This document shows, piece after piece, positions 39,786 to 48,219 of a stretch of 64,000 nucleotides of DNA. The stretch's first letter is position 1; every line of letters starts with the position of its first letter. The notes under the pieces are model-generated. The model worked only from the letters and a program-made list of their open reading frames with translations. It was not told the origin of the DNA and searched no databases. The stretch spans positions 124,001-188,000 of the forward strand of contig JACPUC010000029.1 of NCBI GenBank assembly GCA_016192455.1, read 5' to 3'. This stretch comes from Candidatus Tectimicrobiota bacterium (GTDB taxonomy: Bacteria > JACPUC01). Both the position numbers and the translations under genes were made by a program.

Positions 39786-40946
39786 TCAAGCTCCAAACAT
39801 CGAGAGGTTTTCAGCACGCTCGGGTCGGGTGCGGGGCATGACTGCTTCACCAAGGTGGTGTCCGCCATCAAGCAGGTCCATAATTTCGTCGAACGCGCTT
39901 GCCGGCCGAACGGCCGTTCCTTCGTGCTGCGGCATGAAGAGCAGGGCCTCGTCGAGGCCGATTCCCGGATCGGTCAGGAGATCGGCGGAATGGGTGCTGA
40001 GAATGATCTGCCGCCCTGAATCACGCTGGATGCGGGCGAACATCTGGGGGATGTATCTCACCACCTCCGGATGCAGGGAGAGCTCCGGCTCCTCGAGCAG
40101 GAGTGGTCCGGACCCATCGAGCAAAGCCCAGAGCAAGCCCATAAGCCGCAATGTGCCATCGGAAAACTGCTCCTCACTTTGCCAAGCGCCACGGTGGCGC
40201 CAGTGCTCGTACTTTCCACGTAGGTGAGGGGTGCCTCGTACATCCCGATGGAGCTCAAGACCACTCAATTGCGGCACAGCCACACGTAATGCATCCAGGA
40301 TGCGCCGGAGCCGTGAGGCTTGGGTTTTCTCCGGAGCACGGGCAATCTGCTCGATAAAATCTCCACCATAGGGATCGTGCTGCCTACCAATGGAACGATC
40401 TGGTTCGCGTACCAGTTGAGGGACAACGTGCAGGTAGCGGATCGAGCCAAAAAAATCAACCAACTCACGAAACTTTTGATTGGCGTAAACCTGTTCGAGA
40501 TGGGTTTGCGTCAGCCTTTCAGGATCACGTCGGTCATTCCCGTCCGGCCTCTTCAAGATGATGTCGTCATTCTTAATCACCAGTTCTTCTTTAATCATTG
40601 GTCTCTGACGGTTGTCCTGGCTGAAGCGCAGACTGTATTCCCATGTTTCTGCTTCTTCTTCGGGGCCAACTTCCACATTGATGAGAAGATCAGAATACCG
40701 ACGAGCTGCCAAGCAACGGAGACGCGAGACGCCATCCCTTTTCCGAACAGCTTCTTGAAAGCCTCCACCCACAGAAACGATGTCCCGAAGGAAACGGAAC
40801 ACATCGAGAAAGTTCGACTTCCCGGAGGCATTCGGACCGACGAGGAAGACGCGGCGCTGAAGAACTAGATCAACGTCTGCGAAGTTGCGCCAGTTTGCGA
40901 GCTTTAGCGCTGCAACGCGGAGCGCCTTTTTCGCTGCTCGTTTCAC
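39786..40946 (-). CDS. AAA_21-type ABC ATPase
   Basis: GPNASGKS, FSDGT signature, LLLEEPE, STHS; GTG 40946 after GGAGG; AT-richer than flanks. Confidence 0.88.
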   Translation of the reverse strand: MKRAAKKALRVAALKLANWRNFADVDLVLQRRVFLVGPNASGKSNFLDVFRFLRDIVSVGGGFQEAVRKRDGVSRLRCLAARRYSDLLINVEVGPEEEAETWEYSLRFSQDNRQRPMIKEELVIKNDDIILKRPDGNDRRDPERLTQTHLEQVYANQKFRELVDFFGSIRYLHVVPQLVREPDRSIGRQHDPYGGDFIEQIARAPEKTQASRLRRILDALRVAVPQLSGLELHRDVRGTPHLRGKYEHWRHRGAWQSEEQFSDGTLRLMGLLWALLDGSGPLLLEEPELSLHPEVVRYIPQMFARIQRDSGRQIILSTHSADLLTDPGIGLDEALLFMPQHEGTAVRPASAFDEIMDLLDGGHHLGEAVMPRTRPERAENLSMFGA

Positions 40947-41078
40947 TTGCGTACCTCCGCTTGATGCCACAGTTCAGAAAAAACGTCGTTCACGCTCGTA
41001 ACCGCAATATCCAGCTCGCCTTGGAAAGGTTGGCGAAGGTGGCGCGCCTCGGAGCCGTCGTCGTCCACGCGCGCAAGG
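40943..41078 (-). pseudogene. 3' remnant resembling the C-terminus of DUF3883-containing SNF2-type helicases
   Basis: Start-less frame LARVDDDGSEARHLRQPFQGELDIAVTSVNDVFSELWHQAEVRK*, whose TGA overlaps the ATPase GTG; family recognised from memory. Confidence 0.5.
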
Positions 41079-41193
41079 GGAGATGGCGACTACGCACCAC
41101 CTGCCCATCTTCCTACACCACTTTCCCCAGCTCGCAGCAACCGCGAAGCGTCCCGGCGTCGCGGCCCCCCCTCCTCAGCGGATTTCCGCCCCC

Positions 41194-41490
41194 TCAGCCG
41201 CTCGGCATCGAGGGGATGACGGCGGAGCTGTAGTCCCCCTTCTTGGCGGCCGCCTGGCCGTTGCCGCCGCCGGGGGCGAGGCCGTACTTCGCCAGGTTGA
41301 TCTGCTCGTAGCCGGGAACGCGCACGCGCTCGGGGAACTCCCGGCCGAGGGGCTTGGTGGCGTTGCGGATGTTGATGAAGCCCGACTCGACGCGCGGCAC
41401 CATGGCGGTGTGGCAGATGGGGTCGCGCCGCGAGGTAATCGCCTGCGCCTCGAGGCAGGGACACGGGCCGGCCGGAAAGGCGCGACGCGC
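41194..41490 (-). pseudogene. Collapsed UbiD-family decarboxylase remnant
   Basis: One frame joins P.LEAQAITSRRDPICHT (UbiD AIT.R.DPI motif) to NATKPLGREFPERVRVP (C-terminal DATKP motif). Confidence 0.5.
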
Positions 41491-41507
41491 GACGCCGCCT
41501 CACCGCT

Positions 41508-41960
41508 CTATGACGGCTTGGCGACGTCGCCTTCGGCAACGAGACCGGAGACGCGCAGCGGCTCGATCTTGTAAATGACGCGGCGCTCGGGCTTGCGATA
41601 GGGGAACTTGTCGACGCCGAGGTTCTTGAAGGGGTAGACATCGAGGCCGAGGTACTTCTTCGCCAGCTTGTCGATGTGCTCGTCCGCCCCCTCTTCGGTG
41701 ATCTCCACCACGCGGCCGCGTATCTCGAAGCGGGTGTACGGATTGTCCGGATCGATGCAGGAGAGCGCCACCTCCGGGCGGCGGCGGATGTTGCGGTCCT
41801 TCAGGCGGCCGACGGCGGAGTTGACGATCACGTACGCGCCGTCAAAGTCGCACCACACCGGCGACACCTGCGGGCTGCCGTCGGCCATCGCCGTGGCCAG
41901 GTGGACGAAGGCCCGCTTCTTCAAAATCTCCTGGCACCACTCGGGTATCGCAACCGCCAC
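41508..41960 (-). CDS. PPOX-class (putative F420-dependent) oxidoreductase
   Basis: HLAT.MADGSPQVSPVW, GRLK.RNIRR.PEVAL, HIDKLAKKYLG; GTG 41960 after GGAGG; TTGACA-N17-TACAAA at 42111-42139. Confidence 0.88.
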   Translation of the reverse strand: MAVAIPEWCQEILKKRAFVHLATAMADGSPQVSPVWCDFDGAYVIVNSAVGRLKDRNIRRRPEVALSCIDPDNPYTRFEIRGRVVEITEEGADEHIDKLAKKYLGLDVYPFKNLGVDKFPYRKPERRVIYKIEPLRVSGLVAEGDVAKPS

Positions 41961-42262
41961 CTTCGCCTCCCCGTCGCGCCCGCGCGGCGCGTGTCGTGTG
42001 GATTCTCTCCTGCCTTCCATCGCCTCCTCCGCGAGGGAGCAATGCCCCCTCGCTCACCCCGCCACGCGAGCCGCGTCGCGGCGCGCGGGAGTCCGATTGG
42101 GAGCACTTCCTTTGTAACGTAGAGCGTCCGGGGTGTCAAGCTTTCCCCGCCGCAGCCAGCGTCGGGCTTTTCCAAGCGTAGAGGGCGAGGCGAAGGGAAG
42201 GTCGCGGCCCCCGGGAAAAGGACATCAACGAGTCATCAGAAGGTTCTCAGTGCCCACCAGTA

Positions 42263-42483
42263 CCAAAAGAAGCCCCCAACTCTTGAGTTGGGGGCTTCTA
42301 GGCCCCTCAGTGGGACTGCGACCCACTGCCGACTTCTGAACCGGTCGGGGGTAGGCAATTGGCGTGTTACTTCATTCGGCAGTATCGTGCGCTTCTAGGC
42401 CTTGGGTTCCTTTGCCGACTCTAACGGCGCCTACCTAACGGAAATGTGCAATATCGCCTTCAAGGCGGCATCACCTCCCTTCA
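42263..42483 (-). ncRNA. Candidate ~220-nt small transcript (structured RNA with SD and 10-aa mini-ORF)
   Basis: Bounded by a near-consensus promoter and an intrinsic terminator; contains AAGGGAGGTGAT, mini-ORF 42463-42431 and three stems. Confidence 0.55.
42265..42299 (-). terminator. Intrinsic terminator
   Basis: 15-bp inverted repeat AGAAGCCCCCAACTC / GAGTTGGGGGCTTCT followed by T residues on the minus strand. Confidence 0.75.
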
Positions 42484-42489
42484 AAGTGC

Positions 42490-42517
42490 ATTATACGTAG
42501 TTTTTACATTCAGTCAA
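42490..42517 (-). promoter_or_regulatory. sigma70-type promoter
   Basis: Minus strand TTGACT-N16-TATAAT. Confidence 0.7.
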
Positions 42518-42706
42518 GCATCTAAACCAGAAGGGAGATGATAATCCAAAAGCCCAAAGGATATACTTCAAAACGATCAACCAACATGTGCAAATCGAGC
42601 AGGAAGAAGTCTATTCAGGGTCGCACCCGTTCAGGTAGAATGGTCTAAGCATGCCTGCAGGGAGAACTTTCCTCACCGCCCACCTCGCCCCCAAGGAGAT
42701 GCCCCG

Positions 42707-43804
42707 ATGCTCCGACCCTACTCCGCCACCTGCGTGCAGTCGATCATCCGCAAGGTGAAGAGCAAGGCCTCGAAGGAGGCCACCATGCGCGAGAACCTCT
42801 ACCGCAACCTCTCCCTCATCGACAACCTGACGAACCTCGGCTGGGCGCCGCCGAAGCTCTTCGCTTTCCCGGAGTTTTTCCTGCAGGGCTTCCCGTCGGG
42901 CGAGAGCCTGGCGGAGTGGCTCGAGGTCGCCATCCGCATCCCCGGCGCGGAGACCGACGTGCTGGCCGCCTGCGCCAGGGCCAAGGGCATCTACCTCGCG
43001 GCCCACGCCTACGAGGTGGACGAGGAGTGGCCGGGGCGCGTCTTCAACACCGCCTTCATCATCGACCCGCGGGGCGACATCATCCTGCGCTACCGCAAGC
43101 TCAACAGCCCCGTCACCACCACGCCGGGGGACGTCTTCACAGAGTACCTCGAGCGCTACGGCATCGAGGGCGTCTTCCCGGTGGCCGACACACCCATCGG
43201 CAAGCTGGCCTGCATGATCTGCTACGACGTGAACTTCCCCGAGGTGGCGCGCTGCCTGGCGATGCGCGGCGCCGAGGTCATCCTGCACCTCACCGGCGAG
43301 CCCCACGGGAGCTACCGCGACGCCTGGGACTGCGCCAAGCGCGCCCGCGCCTACGAGAACCTCGTTTACATCGTCTCGCCGAACCACGGCATGTACCTGT
43401 CGCCGCTTGACGACGAGCGCTTCGCCGACGCCTCGGGCCTCCTCTTCCAGGACCGCCAGGCGCACCCCATCGCGCCGATGTTCCGCTCCTACGGCCACTC
43501 GAAGATCATCGGCCCGGACGGCAAGATTCTCGCCGAGGTGAACGGCCCCGGCGAGGCGGTCATTTCCGCCCCCATCGACATCGAGGCGCTGCGCTACCGG
43601 CGCGCCCAGCCGGGCATGAACTTCCTCGCCCAGGTACGCACCGGCCTCTTCGCCAAGGTCTACGAGCAGACCGAGCTCTACCCCCTCGACACCTTCGCCA
43701 AGGAACCGATGCAGACCCTCTGGCAGGAGAACAGCGCCATCACGCGGCAGACCATCGCGGGGATGATCGAGCGGGGTATCTACGCGGCGCCAAGCGGGCC
43801 ATAG
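42707..43804 (+). CDS. Nitrilase-family carbon-nitrogen hydrolase
   Basis: Catalytic triad contexts FPE, YRK, ICYD; AAGGAG SD. Confidence 0.9.
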   Translation: MLRPYSATCVQSIIRKVKSKASKEATMRENLYRNLSLIDNLTNLGWAPPKLFAFPEFFLQGFPSGESLAEWLEVAIRIPGAETDVLAACARAKGIYLAAHAYEVDEEWPGRVFNTAFIIDPRGDIILRYRKLNSPVTTTPGDVFTEYLERYGIEGVFPVADTPIGKLACMICYDVNFPEVARCLAMRGAEVILHLTGEPHGSYRDAWDCAKRARAYENLVYIVSPNHGMYLSPLDDERFADASGLLFQDRQAHPIAPMFRSYGHSKIIGPDGKILAEVNGPGEAVISAPIDIEALRYRRAQPGMNFLAQVRTGLFAKVYEQTELYPLDTFAKEPMQTLWQENSAITRQTIAGMIERGIYAAPSGP

Positions 43805-44097
43805 CTCAAAGAAGTCCGAGCATATCTGCAGCATAGCAATCACATCCGTAGACAGACGGCGCAGCCCTCACCTATCTTCACACGCAAAGGAGTTGGCGCC
43901 CCGCCGAGTATCAGCCGCAACTTTCCTTGCATCGCTTCGCGGCAAGAAGCCTCAGCACCTCCCAGATAGAAAGAAGGCTCTTTGGGCGAGCCTCTTGTCA
44001 AGTAAAGTTCCTAAGGCTCGTGTAATTCGAGACGCAGGGGAAGGCGTTTTTCTACGTACAGACAATAGCGTCTCACATATGTTCGAAGTTAACAGAT

Positions 44098-45336
44098 CTA
44101 CTCCCTACGAGCAAACTTATTGGCGAAGATACTAACCATCCCCCCTAGCATTAGATAGCCAATGACCACTTCAAGTGTCACAAAAAGTTGGCCAGATAAA
44201 TTGCAAGGTCGAATATCCCCAAAGCCGAGAGTCGTAAACGTAACAACGCTGAAATACCACGGAGTAAACCACGTCTTGGCACTTTGTATCACTATACAGG
44301 GATCGCCTACTTCCCGCAACCAACTTTGTAAATCCGGCCACCTCTCAAACCAGTGAGTGAAACCGAGGTTAGAATATAAGAACCCGAATATCAATGCAAT
44401 AACGGCTTCTGTCGCACACCATCTTTTAAAGTTTCGGCCGTAATCTGATGTGACACCCCAAAGAAAATGAAGCAATGAACGTATCCCCCACCTCGGTTGA
44501 AAGAATGCATATTTGCTTGCTAGGCACAGTTTTCGTATTCCTTTTCCCGCTTCTAAATTAGTCCGCCGATTTGTGGATAACCAAGAGAGAATTTCGCGTT
44601 CACGCTGTCCTAAGAAGATCTCGTCATACAGATGACGCTTGAAACTTGGATGGTGGTCTAATGTTGGCTGGCCATATAGCCTCAGACCACGCAGTCGAGT
44701 CTTGCCATTGAAGTTAACTTCTGTAATATCGGCAAAAAATGTAGACCCTGAAAGAATTGCTGAGGAAATATTTGCTCTTGTCAAGTTCGTCTGGATAAGC
44801 TCCGCCTGGTGAAGATTAGCGCCCTCGAGATTAGCGTCAGTCAAGTCTGCATTAAAGAGATTAGCCAGTGTAAGGTCGGCACCAAGGAATGAAGCATATG
44901 AGAGCTTAGCTTCTCGTAAATCAGCACATCGCATTTTGGCCTTGCTGAAGTTTACTCCTATAAGTCTTGCTCCAAAGAGATGGGCTAGAAAAAGACTTGC
45001 TCCCTGGAGAGATGACCCAGTAAGATCAGCGCTTCCAAGCTGAACCTCATTAAGCTCAGCACCATCGAACGCCGTGAGATGAAACCTCGTCCGACGAAGA
45101 TCTAATTTGCTTAGAATTGCACTACAGAGATTTGCATGGTCGAATGAGGCATCTTCGAGTTTTGCATCACTTAGGTTGGCCTTTCTAAGATTGGCTCTGT
45201 CAAAATTTGCCCCTCTGAGATCGAGTCCAGTTAGATCGGTCGAACTCAAGTCCGGATTCTGAGAATCCTCTTCCCTCCATTTGTTCCATTTCTTAACGCC
45301 TTGGTTGAGCTTCTCCAGATGCTCTTTGTTTGCCAT
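44098..45336 (-). CDS. Pentapeptide-repeat protein with C-terminal two-TM potassium-channel-like domain
   Basis: A(D/N)LxxA repeats; DYGRN; YFSVVTFTTLGFGDI pore motif; clearly AT-rich. Confidence 0.88.
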   Translation of the reverse strand: MANKEHLEKLNQGVKKWNKWREEDSQNPDLSSTDLTGLDLRGANFDRANLRKANLSDAKLEDASFDHANLCSAILSKLDLRRTRFHLTAFDGAELNEVQLGSADLTGSSLQGASLFLAHLFGARLIGVNFSKAKMRCADLREAKLSYASFLGADLTLANLFNADLTDANLEGANLHQAELIQTNLTRANISSAILSGSTFFADITEVNFNGKTRLRGLRLYGQPTLDHHPSFKRHLYDEIFLGQREREILSWLSTNRRTNLEAGKGIRKLCLASKYAFFQPRWGIRSLLHFLWGVTSDYGRNFKRWCATEAVIALIFGFLYSNLGFTHWFERWPDLQSWLREVGDPCIVIQSAKTWFTPWYFSVVTFTTLGFGDIRPCNLSGQLFVTLEVVIGYLMLGGMVSIFANKFARRE

Positions 45337-45508
45337 ATTCCTTGACTCCGCGAGGCGATAACCGTTGGGGACTGAAGTATTATGCTGTGCTAGTCGCTAT
45401 GCTCTCCCCACCTGGGCGATTCTTGCCTCGAATAGGAGCGATTGGCTCAACCGTTCTTTCACCCCCTCTCGGCGCGAGCTGCGCGGCACCTCGCGTAAAT
45501 GGGGGGTG

Positions 45509-45533
45509 CGCCTGCCTGTCCGGCAGGCAGGCG
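45509..45533. repeat. Short CCTGCCTG-type palindrome
   Basis: CGCCTGCCTGTCCGGCAGGCAGGCG; related copy at 53842-53861. Confidence 0.5.
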
Positions 45534-45586
45534 AGGGGACGAGGGACCCTCGCACGCATCTGCACGCAGCGATCTGAAAGCCGCCC

Positions 45587-47224
45587 TCAGCTCTTCTGTC
45601 CCGCCGCCTCTTGTTCCTTCTTGCGCAGCTCGACGCGGCGCACCTTGCCGGTCTCGGTGCGCGGCAGGGCGGTGACGTACTCGATCTCGCGCGGGTACTT
45701 GTACGGCGCGAGCTGCTGCTTCACGAAGTCCTGCAGCTCCTTCGTCAGCGCCTCGCCGCCGCTGCGGCCGGCCGCCGGCACGACGAACGCCTTGACGATG
45801 GAGCCGCGCTTCTCATCCGGTTTGCCCACCACTGCCACCTCGGCGACGGCGGGGTGCTCGAGCATGACGTTCTCCACCTCCGGTCCGGCGATGTTGTAGC
45901 CGGAGCTGATGATCATGTCGTCGTTGCGGCACTGGTACCAGAAGTAGCCCTCCTCGTCCTGGACATAGATGTCGCCCGGCAGGTTCCAGCCCTGGTGGAT
46001 GTAGCCCGCCTGGCGCTCCGGCTTGCGCCAATAGCGGCAGCCCGTCGGCCCGCGCAGGGCCAGCAGCCCCGGCGTGCCGCGCGGCGCCTCGGCGAAGTTC
46101 TCGTCCACCACCTTCGCCTCGTACCCCGGCACCGGCACGCCGGTGGAGCCGGGCTTCACCTGCCCGGCGCGCTCCGAGATGAAGATGTGCAGAATCTCCG
46201 TGGCGCCGATGCCGTCGAGCAGCTCCACGCCGGTCCCCTCGACCCACTGCTTGTAGGTGATGGCCGGCAGCACCTCGCCGGCGCTCACGCCCAGCCGCAG
46301 GCTGGCGACATCGGCGCGCACGTCGCGGCCCGGCATGTTCACCAGCAGCTTGTAGACCGTCGGCGCGGTGAACAGCAGCGTCATCTTGTAGCGCTTCACC
46401 GCCTCGAGGAGGAGCTCCGGCGTGAAGGCGTCCATGAGCACGGCGGCGGCGCCGACGCGGAACGGAAAGACCATCAGCGCCCCCAGGCCGAAGGTGAAGG
46501 CCATCGTGGGGTTGCCGCCGAAGATGTCCCGCGGTGTGGGCTTCAGGATGTGCCTGGCGTAGCTGTCGGCGATCGCCAGGACGTCGTTGTGGAAGTGGAT
46601 GCACCCCTTGGGCACGCCGGTGCTGCCGGAGGTGTAGGCGATGAGGGCCACGTCATCGGCCGTGGTGGGGTGCGCCGCCAGAGACTCGGGTTGCTCGGCG
46701 GTGAGGTCGCTGATGGCGAGCGCCCCCGCCGGCGCCTCGCCGTGCACCAGGACGTGCCGCACCGTGGACATCTTCGGGCGCGCCTGGCCGATCTCCTGGT
46801 AGAGGCTCCCCTCGACGATGACGATTTTCGCTTCGCTATCGTTGGCGATGTACTCCAGTTCGCGCGCCCGCAGCAGCGGCATGGTGGCGACGACGACGGC
46901 GCCGATCTTCACCGTCGCCAGCCAGCTCTCGATGAAGCTGGGGCGGTTCGGGGTGCGCAGCACGACGCGGTCGCCGGGACCGACGCCGAGCGCCTTCATG
47001 GCGTTGCCGAGGCGGTTGACGCGCCGCGCCAGCGCGCCGTAGGTGATGACCTCATCGCGGAAGTAGATGGCGGGGCGGTCGGCGCGGCGCTCGCCCGCTT
47101 CGCCCTCGACCAGGAGCTGCGCGGCATTGAGCTGCTGGGGGTAGTTCAGCTCGGCAAGCAGGCGGGTGCGTTCCGGCCAGAGATTCGGCGCAGGCAGGTA
47201 TTCAGCAGGGATAGACGTGCTCAT
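45587..47224 (-). CDS. Benzoate/2-aminobenzoate-CoA ligase family protein
   Basis: YTSGSTGVPKG, FTFGLG, SAGE.LP, DGIGATE.LHIF, GPTGCRYW, TGKVRR. Confidence 0.9.
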   Translation of the reverse strand: MSTSIPAEYLPAPNLWPERTRLLAELNYPQQLNAAQLLVEGEAGERRADRPAIYFRDEVITYGALARRVNRLGNAMKALGVGPGDRVVLRTPNRPSFIESWLATVKIGAVVVATMPLLRARELEYIANDSEAKIVIVEGSLYQEIGQARPKMSTVRHVLVHGEAPAGALAISDLTAEQPESLAAHPTTADDVALIAYTSGSTGVPKGCIHFHNDVLAIADSYARHILKPTPRDIFGGNPTMAFTFGLGALMVFPFRVGAAAVLMDAFTPELLLEAVKRYKMTLLFTAPTVYKLLVNMPGRDVRADVASLRLGVSAGEVLPAITYKQWVEGTGVELLDGIGATEILHIFISERAGQVKPGSTGVPVPGYEAKVVDENFAEAPRGTPGLLALRGPTGCRYWRKPERQAGYIHQGWNLPGDIYVQDEEGYFWYQCRNDDMIISSGYNIAGPEVENVMLEHPAVAEVAVVGKPDEKRGSIVKAFVVPAAGRSGGEALTKELQDFVKQQLAPYKYPREIEYVTALPRTETGKVRRVELRKKEQEAAGQKS

Positions 47225-47381
47225 TGGACCTCCGTCATACCTTCCGTTCATGGGATGCAGCCGTGGGCGCCGCAACCACGCGACATTGAACAAGGCGAGG
47301 CGCCGTGCGCTCCGCGCCGCTTGATCGCTTCGTCGGCTCCGTTCGCCGCGGCCGTGGTGCAGCCGCGCCGCCGGAGCCGCA

Positions 47382-48110
47382 TCATACGGGCTGGAGGTAG
47401 CGCGCCAGCAGCTCGTAGATCGGCTCCGGGAAACGGACGAAGCCGCTCCAGGGCCGTTCCCAAAGGTCGAGCATCGACCGAGGAGCAGCCTGCGTTGAGG
47501 AGGCGGAGCCGGAGCGCGACAGCTCTTGGGATGCGGCCGCCGCGCGCTCGGGCCCAGGCGCCTGGCGTTGGGGGGGCGCGGCGCGCCCTGACGCCGGCAG
47601 GGGATTGGCGCCCGACCGCGCCCTGCCGCCAAGCACGGCATGCGGAGAGGAGGACGCTCCACCCCAGCTCACCGCGCAGACCTTGATCTCGCAGCGGGCC
47701 GCGCGCCTTCCCGTGCGGCGCCGCCAGATTTCACCGCGCAGCGTGTAGCTGCGGGAGACGAGCCGCGCCACCCACAGCCGCACCTCGATCTCATCCTCCA
47801 GCGCGAGTGGCGCGTCGTAGTGGTTCACCACCGCCAGCCGCGGCAGCACGATGCCGAAGCGCTTGGTGATCTCCGACTCCTTGATGCCGCCCCGGCGGAA
47901 CATCTCGTTCTCGGCGACGGCGTAGTAGCGCCAGTAGGTCTGCGGCGCCACGCCGCCGGAAAGATCGCAGTCGATCGGCCGCACCCGCAGGTCAACGGAC
48001 AGCACGGGCGGCTGCCCGCCCCCTTCCCGCCCCGCCCCATCGCTGGAGACTTCCGCTCTCGCCGCACCGGGGCGAGCCGAGCCCTCCTCTCTCTTCGCCG
48101 CCCCTTGCAT
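47382..48110 (-). CDS. Hotdog-fold acyl-CoA thioesterase-like protein with long low-complexity insert
   Basis: LRVRPIDCDLSG.V...Y..Y...AE, Y.APL...DEIEV; upstream of the CoA ligase; start uncertain. Confidence 0.7.
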   Translation of the reverse strand: MQGAAKREEGSARPGAARAEVSSDGAGREGGGQPPVLSVDLRVRPIDCDLSGGVAPQTYWRYYAVAENEMFRRGGIKESEITKRFGIVLPRLAVVNHYDAPLALEDEIEVRLWVARLVSRSYTLRGEIWRRRTGRRAARCEIKVCAVSWGGASSSPHAVLGGRARSGANPLPASGRAAPPQRQAPGPERAAAASQELSRSGSASSTQAAPRSMLDLWERPWSGFVRFPEPIYELLARYLQPV

Positions 48111-48219
48111 AGCCGCCCCACGCTCCCTATGCTGATCTCCGCCTCGCGCGGCGAGGCGGCGCCGTTTCCCTTGCGCCGCCGGCCATGCCCCATGGAGACG
48201 CCTCACCCCGGATCGCCCT

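Noticed and set aside
43893-44135. 80-aa plus-strand ORF, or an integron attC after the pentapeptide gene
   Set aside because: No motif support for the ORF; no canonical RYYYAAC...GTTRRRY pair or integron integrase identified
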